A stretch of 64,000 nt of DNA from Burkholderiaceae bacterium (GTDB taxonomy: Bacteria; Pseudomonadota; Gammaproteobacteria; Burkholderiales; Burkholderiaceae_C). Positions 1 to 9,485 of the stretch are shown here, one piece after another. Where the stretch lies: positions 1,617-65,616 of the forward strand of contig JACSRS010000102.1 of the NCBI GenBank assembly GCA_014879655.1, written 5' to 3'. A program made the translations under genes and the position numbers. The notes under the pieces were generated by a model. That model saw only the letters and a program-made list of their open reading frames with translations, did no database searches and had not been told where the DNA came from. Every line of letters begins with the position of its first letter. Position 1 is the stretch's first letter.

Positions 1-819
1 CCCGAACAGCAACAGCAGGGTTCGCGCGGGCGTCGCCTGTTCCAGCAGCGGTGCGAACCGGATCAGGACAAAGCCGCCCAGGTTGATCACGCCTGCATGC
101 AGCAGGGCCGAGACGGGGGTCGGCGCTTCCATCACCTGGATCAGCCAGCCATGCACCGGCAGCAGGGCGGTTCGCAAGATCACGGCCAGTACAAGGCCCA
201 CGGCGCTCAGTTGCAGGGGGGTGGACATGCCTTCACGGGCCAGATGGACCCAGAGGTCCGACAACGAGCCGCTTCCCACCTCGACCCATGCCAGGGCCGC
301 TGCACCGATCAGCAAGCCATCGGCTGCCCGGTCAGCGATCTGCTTCTTGAGTGCGGCCAGCCGGGCAAAGGGCCGGTCAGGGTAGAAGCGCAGCAGATGC
401 TGCAGCGCCAAACCCACGAGAGCCCAGGAGATGATCAGGACCATCCAGTGATCGGCCATCAGCAGCAGTTGCACCGCCGCCAGCACCACTGCCAGTGCGG
501 CCACGTAGCGCCGTTGGCCGGATTCACCTTGCAGGTAGCGCGCCGAAAACCCGCCGATGACGGTGCCCAGCAGTTGCACCAGCACGGCCATGCCCAGGCC
601 CAGATGAGATGCCTGCAACCCCGCGGGCAGCTGCAACGCAGCAGGCCCCGCCAGCAAAGCGATCAATGCCAGGGCAAGCGCGCTGCCGGAAAGCCCGACG
701 AACGCCCGCCACAGCACGCAGACAGGTATCCGCGGAAAACGCGGCAGCAGAGCGGGGAGCAGCATCAAGGTGACCGGCGCCAGGGCGCTGACCGAAAACA
801 GGGCGGGGGAGACATCCAT
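1..819 (-). CDS. NuoL/ND5-family proton-conducting membrane subunit (DabB-like), N-terminal 273 codons; gene continues past window start
   Basis: Own minus-strand translation from ATG at 819-817: MDVSPALFSV...LLPVHGWLIQVMEAPTPVSALLHAGVINLGGFVLIRF, the conserved ND5/NuoL/MnhA core. Absent from the ORF track because it is open at the window edge. Divergent from a NhaR-like LysR gene. Confidence 0.6.
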   Translation of the reverse strand, partial: MDVSPALFSVSALAPVTLMLLPALLPRFPRIPVCVLWRAFVGLSGSALALALIALLAGPAALQLPAGLQASHLGLGMAVLVQLLGTVIGGFSARYLQGESGQRRYVAALAVVLAAVQLLLMADHWMVLIISWALVGLALQHLLRFYPDRPFARLAALKKQIADRAADGLLIGAAALAWVEVGSGSLSDLWVHLAREGMSTPLQLSAVGLVLAVILRTALLPVHGWLIQVMEAPTPVSALLHAGVINLGGFVLIRFAPLLEQATPARTLLLLFG

Positions 820-916
820 CGCAAGAACCTCTGAAAAGCAGTGGACGGATCATGCTTTTTACCTTTTGTTCTGTAAAATACATTGAGAAGAATAAAACAA
901 TCTGTTTTATAGAACG

Positions 917-1858
917 ATGAGGCTGGATCAGCTCAACTTTCATCACCTGTTCTACTTCTGGCGCGTCGCCCGGTTGGGACATCTGACGCGTGCGGCAGAG
1001 GAACTGCACACCTCGCAGTCGGCGGTCTCTGCCCAGATTCGGCAGTTGGAAGAGCGGCTCGGCGAAAACTTGTTCACTCGCGAAGGCCGCCGCCTTGCGC
1101 TGACCGACACCGGTCAACTGGTGCAGGCCTATGCCGAGAACATCTTTGGTCTCGGCCAGGAGATGCTGGGTCGACTGCAAGGGCGCACGGCGGGAATCAC
1201 GCGCCTGCGCGTCGGCAGCGTTGCCACGCTGTCGCGGAACTACCAGGAAAACTGGATTCGGCCGTTGCTCGCCGACCCTTCTGTGGTGCTGACGCTCGAG
1301 TCAGGCTTGCTCGAGGGGCTGGTCACGCGGCTGGTGCAACACCAGCTCGACGTGGTGCTGGCCAACGAAAGCGTACCGGCCGATCCGGACCGGCCGCTGC
1401 ATTGCCGGTTCCTTGGCAGCCAATCCATTTCGCTGGTCGGCCCGGCCGCTCGGTGGAAGTCGCAAAGCCTGCGACTGCCCGAAGACCTGGATGGACGGGA
1501 CATTGCGCTGCCCGGCCCCAGGCACGCACTGCGCGCGCAGTTCGACGCGCTGTGCGCCGCTGCCGGTGTGAGTCCCCGACTGCGGGCAGAAGTCGACGAC
1601 ATGGCCATGCTGCGCCTGATCGCCCGCGACAGTGGCTGGCTGGCCGTGTTGCCCGAGGTGGTGGTGCAGGATGAACTGCGCGCGGGGAGCCTGGTCATGG
1701 TCGGTCAATCGAGCCAATTGCAGGAGCGCTTTTATGCCATCACCACCCCGCATCGGCACCGCATCGAGGCACTGGAGCACTTGATGAAAGGTTCGGTGCC
1801 GCACGGCGCCGGCATGCGCCCGGCCGATCCCGATCACCCCGATTCCGCCAGTGACTGA
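917..1858 (+). CDS. LysR-family transcriptional regulator (NhaR-like)
   Basis: 313-aa ORF with N-terminal HTH MRLDQLNFHHLFYFWRVARLGHLTRAAEELHTSQSAVSAQIRQLE, then a LysR substrate-binding-type C-terminus. Confidence 0.9.
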   Translation: MRLDQLNFHHLFYFWRVARLGHLTRAAEELHTSQSAVSAQIRQLEERLGENLFTREGRRLALTDTGQLVQAYAENIFGLGQEMLGRLQGRTAGITRLRVGSVATLSRNYQENWIRPLLADPSVVLTLESGLLEGLVTRLVQHQLDVVLANESVPADPDRPLHCRFLGSQSISLVGPAARWKSQSLRLPEDLDGRDIALPGPRHALRAQFDALCAAAGVSPRLRAEVDDMAMLRLIARDSGWLAVLPEVVVQDELRAGSLVMVGQSSQLQERFYAITTPHRHRIEALEHLMKGSVPHGAGMRPADPDHPDSASD

Positions 1859-1918
1859 GCCCGATGCCCGCGATGGATCTCGGCCTGCTTTTCAGGTGCT
1901 TTCAGCCCAAAACCACGG

Positions 1919-2443
1919 TCAAAGGCCGCTATTGAGCGATCCGAACAGCATCATCAGGTTGTGCGGATTGAACACCCCCGGAAACACTTGCAGCAGCGCG
2001 GCGGTCATCGTCACATAGCGCAGGAACTTGCCGATGGCCATGTAGCCCAGACAGGGCCAGAACGGCAGCTTGAGCCAGCCGGCCACAGCGCACAGCGGGT
2101 CGCCGACGCCGGGCAACCAGGCCAGCAGGCAGGCCTTGGGCCCGAGCTTTTCCAGCCAGGCCAGCGCCTTGATGTGGGTGCGCGAGTCGCGGTATTTGTC
2201 GACCACCTTGTGCGCGCCATAGCCCATCCACCAGTCCACTGCGCCACCCAGCGTGTTGCCGACCGTGGCCACGGCAATGGCCGGCCAGAACAGGTGGGGG
2301 TTGAGCTTGACCAGACCGAACACCGCCGGCTCCGATCCCAGCGGCAGCAGCGTGGCCGAGACGAACGACACGACAAACACCGTGCTCAGCCCGTATTCGG
2401 GCAGTGCCAGCAGCGTCAGCAGGGAATTGAGCCAGGCTTCCAT
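1919..2443 (-). CDS. YqaA-family (DedA-related) inner membrane protein
   Basis: Track ORF 1919..2590 trimmed to the internal ATG at 2443 (MEAWLNSLLTLLALPEYGLSTVFVVSFVSATLLPLGSEP...). Strongly hydrophobic. The upstream 49 codons look non-coding. Confidence 0.7.
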   Translation of the reverse strand: MEAWLNSLLTLLALPEYGLSTVFVVSFVSATLLPLGSEPAVFGLVKLNPHLFWPAIAVATVGNTLGGAVDWWMGYGAHKVVDKYRDSRTHIKALAWLEKLGPKACLLAWLPGVGDPLCAVAGWLKLPFWPCLGYMAIGKFLRYVTMTAALLQVFPGVFNPHNLMMLFGSLNSGL

Positions 2444-2588
2444 GTCGGCGCGAGTGTAGCGGCCCGCGCACACCAGCAAGTGAATGCCGATTTCAATTGC
2501 TGAAATTATGGGCAGATACAATTTGCCTCCCGCCGCCCCCGATGGCAACGACGCTCTTGCGCCCGCTGCCGAAAGCCGCCACACCCAC

Positions 2589-3635
2589 ATGCAACTCGGA
2601 CCCTACGTCCTGCCCAACCACCTGTTCGTCGCGCCCATGGCCGGCGTGACCGACCGGCCGTTTCGCCAGCTGTGCCGTTCGTTTGGCGCCGGCTACGCTG
2701 TCAGCGAGATGGTGACGTCGCGGCGCGACCTGTGGCACACGCTGAAAACATCGCGCCGCGCCAATCACGATGGCGAGCCAGGCCCGATCGCGGTGCAGAT
2801 CGCCGGTACCGATGCGGCGATGATGGCCGAGGCGGCGGCCTACAACATCGACCACGGCGCGCAGATCATCGACATCAACATGGGCTGCCCGGCCAAGAAG
2901 GTCTGCAACAAGTGGGCCGGCTCGGCACTGATGCAGGACGAAGCGCTGGCGCTGCAGATCATCGAGGCGGTGGTTGCCGCCTGTGAGCCCCGCGGGGTGC
3001 CGGTCACGCTGAAGATGCGCACCGGCTGGTGCCAGGCGCAGAAGAACGCGGTGACGCTGGCGCGCGCTGCCGAAGCCGCCGGCGTGCGGATGGTGACCGT
3101 GCACGGCCGCACGCGCGAGCAGGGCTACAAGGGCGCGGCAGAGTACCAGACCATCGCCGCGGTGAAGGCCGCGCTGCACATCCCGGTGGTGGCCAATGGC
3201 GACATCGATTCACCGGCCAAGGCGCTGCAGGTGCTGGCGGCCACCGGCGCGGATGCGCTGATGGTGGGCCGAGCCGCGCAGGGCCGGCCGTGGATCTTTC
3301 GCGAGATTGCGCACTACCTGGCGACGGGCGAACTGCTTGCGCCGCCATTGGTGGCCGAGGTGCGCCGGGCCTTGCTGGCACATCTGGACGACCACTACGG
3401 CCTGTACGGTGAATTCACGGGCGTTCGCTCCGCGCGCAAGCACATCGGCTGGTATGTGCGCGACTTGCCAGGCGGCGATGTATTTCGCGCGCAAATGCTG
3501 ACGCTGGAGAGCAGCCAGGCGCAGCAGCGCGCCGTGGCCGATTATTTTGACGAACTGGGCACGGCGTCGGATCGCTTGCCCGAACGACGGGGGGCAGCCG
3601 CTGGCGAGCCCGCCCTGCTGGAAGACGAGGCATGA
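2589..3635 (+). CDS. dusB: tRNA-dihydrouridine synthase B
   Basis: VAPMAGVTDRPFRQLCRSFGAGYAVSEMV and following Dus-family sequence. Its stop overlaps the fis start (conserved dusB-fis pair). Start is ambiguous (2484, 2511 or 2589). Confidence 0.9.
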   Translation: MQLGPYVLPNHLFVAPMAGVTDRPFRQLCRSFGAGYAVSEMVTSRRDLWHTLKTSRRANHDGEPGPIAVQIAGTDAAMMAEAAAYNIDHGAQIIDINMGCPAKKVCNKWAGSALMQDEALALQIIEAVVAACEPRGVPVTLKMRTGWCQAQKNAVTLARAAEAAGVRMVTVHGRTREQGYKGAAEYQTIAAVKAALHIPVVANGDIDSPAKALQVLAATGADALMVGRAAQGRPWIFREIAHYLATGELLAPPLVAEVRRALLAHLDDHYGLYGEFTGVRSARKHIGWYVRDLPGGDVFRAQMLTLESSQAQQRAVADYFDELGTASDRLPERRGAAAGEPALLEDEA

Positions 3636-3868
3636 GCAACACCACCATCGAAGAGTGCATTCGCGCCACCCTGGAAACCTATTTCCGTGACCTCAACGGC
3701 ACGGAGCCTGCCGGCATGTACGAAATGCTGGTCAAGGCGGCCGAACGGCCGCTGCTGGACGTGGTGATGCAGAAGGCCGACCAGAACCAGTCGCGTGCGG
3801 CGGAATGGCTGGGCCTGAACCGCAACACCTTGCGCAAGAAGCTCGTTGAACACCAACTGATCAAGTGA
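3632..3868 (+). CDS. fis: DNA-binding protein Fis
   Basis: 78 aa with C-terminal [33 protein letters not shown] overlap with dusB. Confidence 0.9.
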   Translation: MSNTTIEECIRATLETYFRDLNGTEPAGMYEMLVKAAERPLLDVVMQKADQNQSRAAEWLGLNRNTLRKKLVEHQLIK

Positions 3869-3893
3869 CGCCCGCCGTCAACTCAAGAAATCC

Positions 3894-5462
3894 ATGAATG
3901 CACTGATCTCTGTCTCCGATAAAACCGGCATCGTCGAATTTGCCCGCGCACTGCACGCGCAGGGCGTGAGGCTGCTCTCCACCGGCGGCACTGCCGCGCT
4001 GCTGGCCGCAGAAGGCCTGCCGGTGACCGAGGTGGCCGATGTCACCGGTTTCCCGGAAATGCTGGACGGCCGCGTCAAGACGCTTCACCCCACGGTGCAC
4101 GGCGGCCTGCTGGCGCGGCGCGACCTGCCGGCGCACATGGCAGCGCTGGCCGAACACGGCATCGACACCATCGACCTGCTGGTGGTCAACCTGTACCCGT
4201 TTGAGGCCACGGTGGCCAAGGCTGGCTGCACGCTGGAAGATGCGATCGAAAACATCGACATCGGTGGCCCCGCGATGGTGCGCAGCGCCGCCAAGAACTG
4301 GAAAGACGTGGCGGTGCTGACCGACGCCGCGCAGTACGCGGGCGTGCTGGCCGAACTGAAGGCCGGCGGCATCAGCCAGCCGACACGGTTTGCGCTGGCC
4401 GTGGCGGCGTTCAACCGCATCAGCCAGTACGACGGTGCCATCAGCGACTACCTGTCGCGCATCCAGCCCGATGGCAGCCACGCGCTGTTTGCCGGCCAGG
4501 CCAACGGCCGTTTCATCAAGCTGCAGGACCTGCGTTACGGCGAAAACCCGCACCAGCAGGCGGCGTTTTACCGCGACCTGTATCCCGCGCCCGGGTCGCT
4601 GGTGACCGCGCAGCAGTTTCAGGGCAAGGAGCTGAGCTACAACAACATCGCCGACGCCGATGCGGCGTGGGAATGCGTGAAGAGCTTTTCCGAACCGGCC
4701 TGCGTCATCGTCAAGCACGCCAACCCCTGTGGCGTGGCTGTTGCGGCCGATGCGTTGCAGGCCTACGCCAAGGCGTTCCAGACCGATCCGACTTCCGCCT
4801 TCGGCGGCATCATCGCGTTCAACCGCGAAGTCGACGGCGCTGCCGCGCAGCAGGTCAGCAAGCAGTTTGTCGAGGTGCTGATGGCGCCGGCCTATACGCC
4901 CGAAGCGCTGGCGATCTTCAGTGCCAAGGCCAATGTGCGGGTGTTGCAGATCGCGCTGCCGCCCGGCGGTGCTTCTGACTGGGACAACGGCCGCAACGCG
5001 ATGGACGTCAAGCGCGTCGGCTCCGGCATGCTGATGCAGACGGCCGACAACCACGAACTGGCGCTGTCCGATCTGAAGGTCGTCACCCGGGTGCAACCAA
5101 CGGCACAACAGCTGCAGGATCTGCTGTTTGCCTGGAAGGTGGCAAAGTTCGTCAAGAGCAATGCCATCGTCTTTTGCAAAGACGGCATGACGATGGGTGT
5201 GGGCGCGGGCCAGATGAGCCGGCTCGATTCAGCCCGCATTGCCAGCATCAAGGCCGGTCACGCCGGCCTGTCGCTCAGCGGCACCGTGGTGGCCAGCGAC
5301 GCCTTCTTCCCGTTCCGCGACGGTCTGGACGTGGTGGTCGACGCCGGCGCCAGCTGCGTGATCCAGCCGGGCGGCTCGATGCGCGACGCTGAAGTGATCG
5401 CCGCCGCCGACGAGCGCGGCGTTGCGATGGTGTTCAGCGGCGTGCGGCACTTCAGGCACTGA
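3894..5462 (+). CDS. purH: Bifunctional AICAR formyltransferase / IMP cyclohydrolase
   Basis: 522 aa. [40 protein letters not shown], and C-terminal [10 protein letters not shown]...[11 protein letters not shown] are all PurH hallmarks. Confidence 0.97.
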   Translation: MNALISVSDKTGIVEFARALHAQGVRLLSTGGTAALLAAEGLPVTEVADVTGFPEMLDGRVKTLHPTVHGGLLARRDLPAHMAALAEHGIDTIDLLVVNLYPFEATVAKAGCTLEDAIENIDIGGPAMVRSAAKNWKDVAVLTDAAQYAGVLAELKAGGISQPTRFALAVAAFNRISQYDGAISDYLSRIQPDGSHALFAGQANGRFIKLQDLRYGENPHQQAAFYRDLYPAPGSLVTAQQFQGKELSYNNIADADAAWECVKSFSEPACVIVKHANPCGVAVAADALQAYAKAFQTDPTSAFGGIIAFNREVDGAAAQQVSKQFVEVLMAPAYTPEALAIFSAKANVRVLQIALPPGGASDWDNGRNAMDVKRVGSGMLMQTADNHELALSDLKVVTRVQPTAQQLQDLLFAWKVAKFVKSNAIVFCKDGMTMGVGAGQMSRLDSARIASIKAGHAGLSLSGTVVASDAFFPFRDGLDVVVDAGASCVIQPGGSMRDAEVIAAADERGVAMVFSGVRHFRH

Positions 5463-5494
5463 CGCTCCCGGGCCGGCTCGTGCGGGCTGCGGCA

Positions 5495-5590
5495 CCACCC
5501 CTGGGGAGCAGGGGGGTGCAAGGTCAAAAAGGCCGATTTTTCAGTCTTTTTGGCATCAACCCAGTGTCGAATGGTGCTTTGACGCTATCG
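5495..5590 (+). repeat. Copy A of a dispersed ~90-nt gene-3'-end repeat (GC hairpin, T-rich tract, conserved 24-nt box, GCTA)
   Basis: Hairpin ACCCCTGGGGAGCAGGGGGGTG, then GATTTTTCAGTCTTTTT, then GGCATCAACCCAGTGTCGAATGGTGC...GCTATC. Homologous copies at 32974-33045 (+), 24201-24292 (-) and 49872-49962 (-). Confidence 0.8.
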
Positions 5591-6910
5591 TCAGGATAGC
5601 GTCCTGAAGACTTCCCGGGCCGCCTGAACGGTGGTTTCGATGTCAGCATCCGTGTGAGCGGCGCTGACAAAGCCAGCCTCGTACAGCGCCGGCGCGATGT
5701 AGACGCCGCGATCGAGCAGGCCGTGGAACAGCGCATTGAAGCGTGCACCATCGGTCTTCATCACCTGGGCATAGTTCTGCGGCAGCGCGTCGAACAGGAA
5801 GAAGCCGAACATGCCGCCTTCGCAGTCGGCGCTGAACGGCACGCCCTCGGCCCTGGCGGCAGCGACCAGGCCATCGACGAGCTTGCGCGTCTTGCGGGAC
5901 AGGTCGTCGAAGAAGCCGTTCTGGCTGATGAGTTGCAGCGTGGCCAGGCCGCAGGCAGTGGCCACCGGATTGCCCGACAGCGTGCCCGCCTGATACACGG
6001 GGCCCAGTGGCGCCATTTGCTGCATCAGCTTGCGGGGGCCGCCGAAGGCCGCCAGCGGCATGCCGCCGCCGATCACCTTGCCCAGCACGGTCAGGTCAGG
6101 CTGAAAGTCCGGAATCTCGCGGGCGTAAACGCTTTGTGCACCGCCCAGCGCGACGCGAAAGCCGGTCATCACCTCGTCGAACACCAGCAGTGCGCCGTGT
6201 TCGTTGCACAGCTCGCGGCAGCGGCGCATGAAGGGCACGCTGGCGCGCACGAAGTTCATGTTGCCGGCGATCGGTTCGATCATCACGCATGCCAGTTCCG
6301 GCCCGTGCAGCGCGAACGCCTCTTCCAGCTGTTCAATGTTGTTGTATTCGAGCACCAGCGTGTGCTGCACCACCTCTGGCGGCACGCCGGCACTGGTCGG
6401 GTTGCCGAAGGTGGCCAGGCCCGAACCGGCCTTCACCAGCAGGGCATCGGCATGGCCGTGGTAGCAGCCTTCGAACTTGATGAACTTGCTGCGGCCGGTG
6501 GCGCCGCGCGCCAGGCGGATCGCGCTCATCGCCGCTTCGGTGCCGGAGCTGACCAGGCGCACCATCTCCAGCGAAGGCACCTGCGCAATGATGGCTTCGG
6601 CCAGTTCGATCTCTCGCTCGGTCGGCGCACCGAACGAAAAACCGTCCGTCGCGGCCTTCTGCACCGCTTCGAGCACGGCCGGATGGCCGTGGCCCAGGAT
6701 CATCGGTCCCCAGGAGCCGATGTAGTCGAGGTAGCGGCGGCCGTCGGCGTCCCAGAACGCCGGTCCCTGCGCGCGGGTGATGAAGCGCGGCGTGCCACCG
6801 ACCGCGCGGAAGGCCCGCACGGGCGAATTGACCCCCCCGGGTATCACGCGCTGGGCGCGTTCGAACAGTTCGGCATTGCGGGTGGAAGTGTGTTCAGTGT
6901 CGGGTTTCAT
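5591..6910 (-). CDS. hemL: Glutamate-1-semialdehyde 2,1-aminomutase
   Basis: 439 aa. [51 protein letters not shown] are typical HemL class-III aminotransferase motifs. Confidence 0.95.
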   Translation of the reverse strand: MKPDTEHTSTRNAELFERAQRVIPGGVNSPVRAFRAVGGTPRFITRAQGPAFWDADGRRYLDYIGSWGPMILGHGHPAVLEAVQKAATDGFSFGAPTEREIELAEAIIAQVPSLEMVRLVSSGTEAAMSAIRLARGATGRSKFIKFEGCYHGHADALLVKAGSGLATFGNPTSAGVPPEVVQHTLVLEYNNIEQLEEAFALHGPELACVMIEPIAGNMNFVRASVPFMRRCRELCNEHGALLVFDEVMTGFRVALGGAQSVYAREIPDFQPDLTVLGKVIGGGMPLAAFGGPRKLMQQMAPLGPVYQAGTLSGNPVATACGLATLQLISQNGFFDDLSRKTRKLVDGLVAAARAEGVPFSADCEGGMFGFFLFDALPQNYAQVMKTDGARFNALFHGLLDRGVYIAPALYEAGFVSAAHTDADIETTVQAAREVFRTLS

Positions 6911-7832
6911 TGAAGGGAGGTTCCATCAGGGGGTGGAGGCTGTCGTCGCCGGCATCGCCATCCGGGTTTTCATCGTCGTCGACCTGCGCCCAGAACAGGC
7001 GGTCGGGAACGGCTTGCCCCATGCCGGGCCGAAAACCGGCGTCCAGGCAGCGGTCCAGGTATTGCAGCGCCTCGGTGAACGCTGCCGGCAGTACGCTGCC
7101 ATCGGCCAGCAGCGCCGCCAGCGCGGCCGACAAGGTGTCACAGGCACCGCCGAAAGCGGCATCGATGCGCTCGAACTTCTGGTGGCACAGCACGCTTTGC
7201 GGCGTGGCCAGCGCGTTGTCGATGAACGGCTCGGCCAGTGCGATGCCGGTCACCAGCGTGTAGGCCACGCCTTTGTCCGCAGCGGCGCGTGCGATGTCGC
7301 GCGGCCCCGGGCTTTTGCTGCCCGACCAGTCCGGCAGCAGCCATCGCCATAGGGTGTTGTGGCTTCCCACCAACACCGTGGTCTGGGGCAGCAAAAGTTC
7401 CAGAAACGCGTCCTGGTACGGGTCGAGGCGGGCATCGTCCCACCAGGAGAGATTGGGCATGAAGGCCACCACCGGCACGTCCGGGTAGTCGCAGGCCAGT
7501 TCCGCGATGGCGCTGAGGGTCTCGGGGCTGCCGGCAAAACCGACCTTGATGACCTGCACCGGAACGTCTTCCAGAATGGCGCGTGCCTGCTCGGCCACGG
7601 CATCTTCGTCCAGAGGGAAAAAGTCGTAAATCTCTGTGGTGTCGCGCACATAGGCGCCCGTCAGCACCGGCAGGGCATGGGCGCCCACCGACGCGATCGC
7701 CGTGACGTCACCGGCCAGACCGCCGGCACCGCTGGGGTCGTTGGCATTGAAAGCCAGCACGCAGGGGAGAACGCCATCAACGCCGTCCTCGGACGCCCTG
7801 GCGTCAACGGGTGGCGTATTCGGGTTTGTCAT
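6894..7832 (-). CDS. ThiD-like hydroxymethylpyrimidine/phosphomethylpyrimidine kinase family protein
   Basis: Track ORF 6894..8306 trimmed to ATG at 7832 (MTNPNTPP...). [13 protein letters not shown] resembles the ThiD DPSGGAGIQADL motif and the protein has a ribokinase-like C-terminus. Divergent from canonical ThiD. Overlaps the hemL start by 17 nt. Confidence 0.65.
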   Translation of the reverse strand: MTNPNTPPVDARASEDGVDGVLPCVLAFNANDPSGAGGLAGDVTAIASVGAHALPVLTGAYVRDTTEIYDFFPLDEDAVAEQARAILEDVPVQVIKVGFAGSPETLSAIAELACDYPDVPVVAFMPNLSWWDDARLDPYQDAFLELLLPQTTVLVGSHNTLWRWLLPDWSGSKSPGPRDIARAAADKGVAYTLVTGIALAEPFIDNALATPQSVLCHQKFERIDAAFGGACDTLSAALAALLADGSVLPAAFTEALQYLDRCLDAGFRPGMGQAVPDRLFWAQVDDDENPDGDAGDDSLHPLMEPPFNETRH

Positions 7833-7928
7833 AGGCCCGAGACAAGTGAAAGAGGGAACCAGTGGCAGGGACAGCCGGATGGCGTCGATACAATGATTGC
7901 ATTCTATGTGAAGGCCTTTTAAGCTGTG

Positions 7929-8099
7929 ATGAATTCGAAGACGTGGATGTGTCTGATTTGCGGATGGATGTACGACGAGACGGCCGGAGCTCCGGACCAT
8001 GGATTGGCCCCCGGCACCCCTTGGGATGATGTGCCGATGAACTGGACCTGTCCCGAATGCGGCGCCCGCAAGGAAGATTTCGAAATGGTCGAAATTTGA
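7929..8099 (+). CDS. Rubredoxin
   Basis: 56-codon ORF missed by the track (<60 aa): MNSKTWMCLICGWMYDETAGAPDHGLAPGTPWDDVPMNWTCPECGARKEDFEMVEI, with both CxxCG iron knuckles. Confidence 0.9.
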   Translation: MNSKTWMCLICGWMYDETAGAPDHGLAPGTPWDDVPMNWTCPECGARKEDFEMVEI

Positions 8100-8163
8100 A
8101 TCTCGAACAATTCCCGGCTGTGCCGACAGCCGTCGCCGGGATACAAGCCAGGAGCAAGTCGAA

Positions 8164-8562
8164 GTGAGTTCCACCGGATCGGGGTACAAGGTGCTCGTCA
8201 TTGATGACAGCAACACCATTCGTCGCAGTGCCGAAATCTTTCTCAAGCAGGGAGGGCATGAAGTGGTGCTGGCGGAAGACGGATTTGATGCCTTGTCCAA
8301 GATCAACGACTATCACCCCGACGTGATCTTCTGCGACATCCTGATGCCCCGGCTCGATGGTTACCAGACTTGCGCCATCATCAAGAAGAATGCCCGTTTC
8401 GCCGCAGTGCCGGTCGTCATGCTGTCGTCCAAGGATGGTGTGTTCGACAAGGCCCGCGGCCGCATGGTGGGGTCGCAGGAGTACCTCACCAAACCCTTTA
8501 CCAAAGACCAGCTGCTGGAAGCGGTCAAACACTTCGGTTCTGCCAATCAAGGAGTAGCGTGA
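8164..8562 (+). CDS. pilG: CheY-like response regulator, PilG-type
   Basis: GTG start. Single receiver domain (KVLVIDDSNTIRR...DILMPRLDGY...SSKD...KP). First gene of a pilGHIJ-chpA ordered cluster. Confidence 0.8.
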   Translation: MSSTGSGYKVLVIDDSNTIRRSAEIFLKQGGHEVVLAEDGFDALSKINDYHPDVIFCDILMPRLDGYQTCAIIKKNARFAAVPVVMLSSKDGVFDKARGRMVGSQEYLTKPFTKDQLLEAVKHFGSANQGVA

Positions 8563-8927
8563 TGTCGATCAAGAAAGTATTGGTTGTGGATGACTCGAAG
8601 ACCGAGTTGATGTTCATGACCGACCTGTTACAGAAAAACGGTTTTACCGTGCGCACCGCCGAAAATGCGGAAGATGCGTTCCGGAGACTGGAAGAAGAAA
8701 AGCCGGACCTGATCCTGATGGACGTGGTGATGCCGGGGCAGAACGGATTTCAGTTGACCCGCGCTATCACGCGAGACCCGAAGTTTGCGGACGTGCCGGT
8801 GATCATGTGCACCAGCAAGAATCAGGAAACCGACCGGGTCTGGGGCATGCGTCAGGGCGCCAAGGACTACATCACCAAGCCGGTCGAAGTCGATGAGTTG
8901 CTGGCGAAGATCAAGGCCCTGAACTGA
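8562..8927 (+). CDS. pilH: CheY-like response regulator, PilH-type
   Basis: ATG 8562 overlaps the pilG stop (GTGATG). 121-aa receiver: KKVLVVDDSKTELMFM...DVVMPGQNGF...TSKN...KP. Confidence 0.8.
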   Translation: MSIKKVLVVDDSKTELMFMTDLLQKNGFTVRTAENAEDAFRRLEEEKPDLILMDVVMPGQNGFQLTRAITRDPKFADVPVIMCTSKNQETDRVWGMRQGAKDYITKPVEVDELLAKIKALN

Positions 8928-8934
8928 GACGCGC

Positions 8935-9465
8935 ATGGCCAGTCGTGACGCACTGAGGGCTTTCCAGAGCCGCCTCGCCAACCGTCTCCAGGAAGCCCGG
9001 ATGACCGGCGGCGGCGCTGCATGGCTTGCCGTTGAGGTATCTGGGGCAGGCTTTCTGTTTCCACTCAACCATGCCGGGGAAATATTTCCCTGGACCAGCG
9101 TGCAGGCCGTGCCGCATGTGCAGGACTGGTTTCTGGGGGTTGCCAACCTGCGCGGCGGTGTCAGTGGCGTGGTTGATCTGGGGGCATTCGTGTTGCAAAA
9201 GCCATCTGCGCCACGAACCGAAATGGCCCAGAGTCAGTGCCGCCTGGTCGCTTTCAATGAAGCCCTTGGCATCAATTGCGCCGTTCTGATCGACAAACTG
9301 CTGGGGCTGAAAAGCCTGGAATCGTTTGTCGTTTCAGACCCGGCATCTGAAGGTTCTCCCGTATATTTTGGTCACAGATATACGGATTCGCAGGGCGCGT
9401 CCTGGCAGGAAATCAGCCTGCAGTCGTTGTCTCAACATCCGCAGTTTCTGAGCATCAGCGCTTAA
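8935..9465 (+). CDS. pilI: CheW-like coupling protein, PilI-type
   Basis: 176 aa. The CheW-like fold sequence ([14 protein letters not shown]...[24 protein letters not shown]) sits between the receivers and the MCP. Confidence 0.8.
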   Translation: MASRDALRAFQSRLANRLQEARMTGGGAAWLAVEVSGAGFLFPLNHAGEIFPWTSVQAVPHVQDWFLGVANLRGGVSGVVDLGAFVLQKPSAPRTEMAQSQCRLVAFNEALGINCAVLIDKLLGLKSLESFVVSDPASEGSPVYFGHRYTDSQGASWQEISLQSLSQHPQFLSISA

Positions 9466-9485
9466 GTTTGAGGAAGGCCGTCACC

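Noticed and set aside
3861-5108. 415-aa minus-strand ORF inside purH (similar cases: 5654..6913 in hemL, 22044..23333 in pyrC', 28046..29317 in fccB, 46486..47838 in hypE)
   Set aside because: All are antisense to strongly supported genes. They have no recognisable motifs and a composition dominated by R, A, G, H, Q.
7833-8306. N-terminal extension of the thiD-like ORF (6894..8306) overlapping rubredoxin and pilG
   Set aside because: The extension has no homology-like features and runs antisense through the rubredoxin gene and the pilG start. The ATG at 7832 gives a sensible protein.
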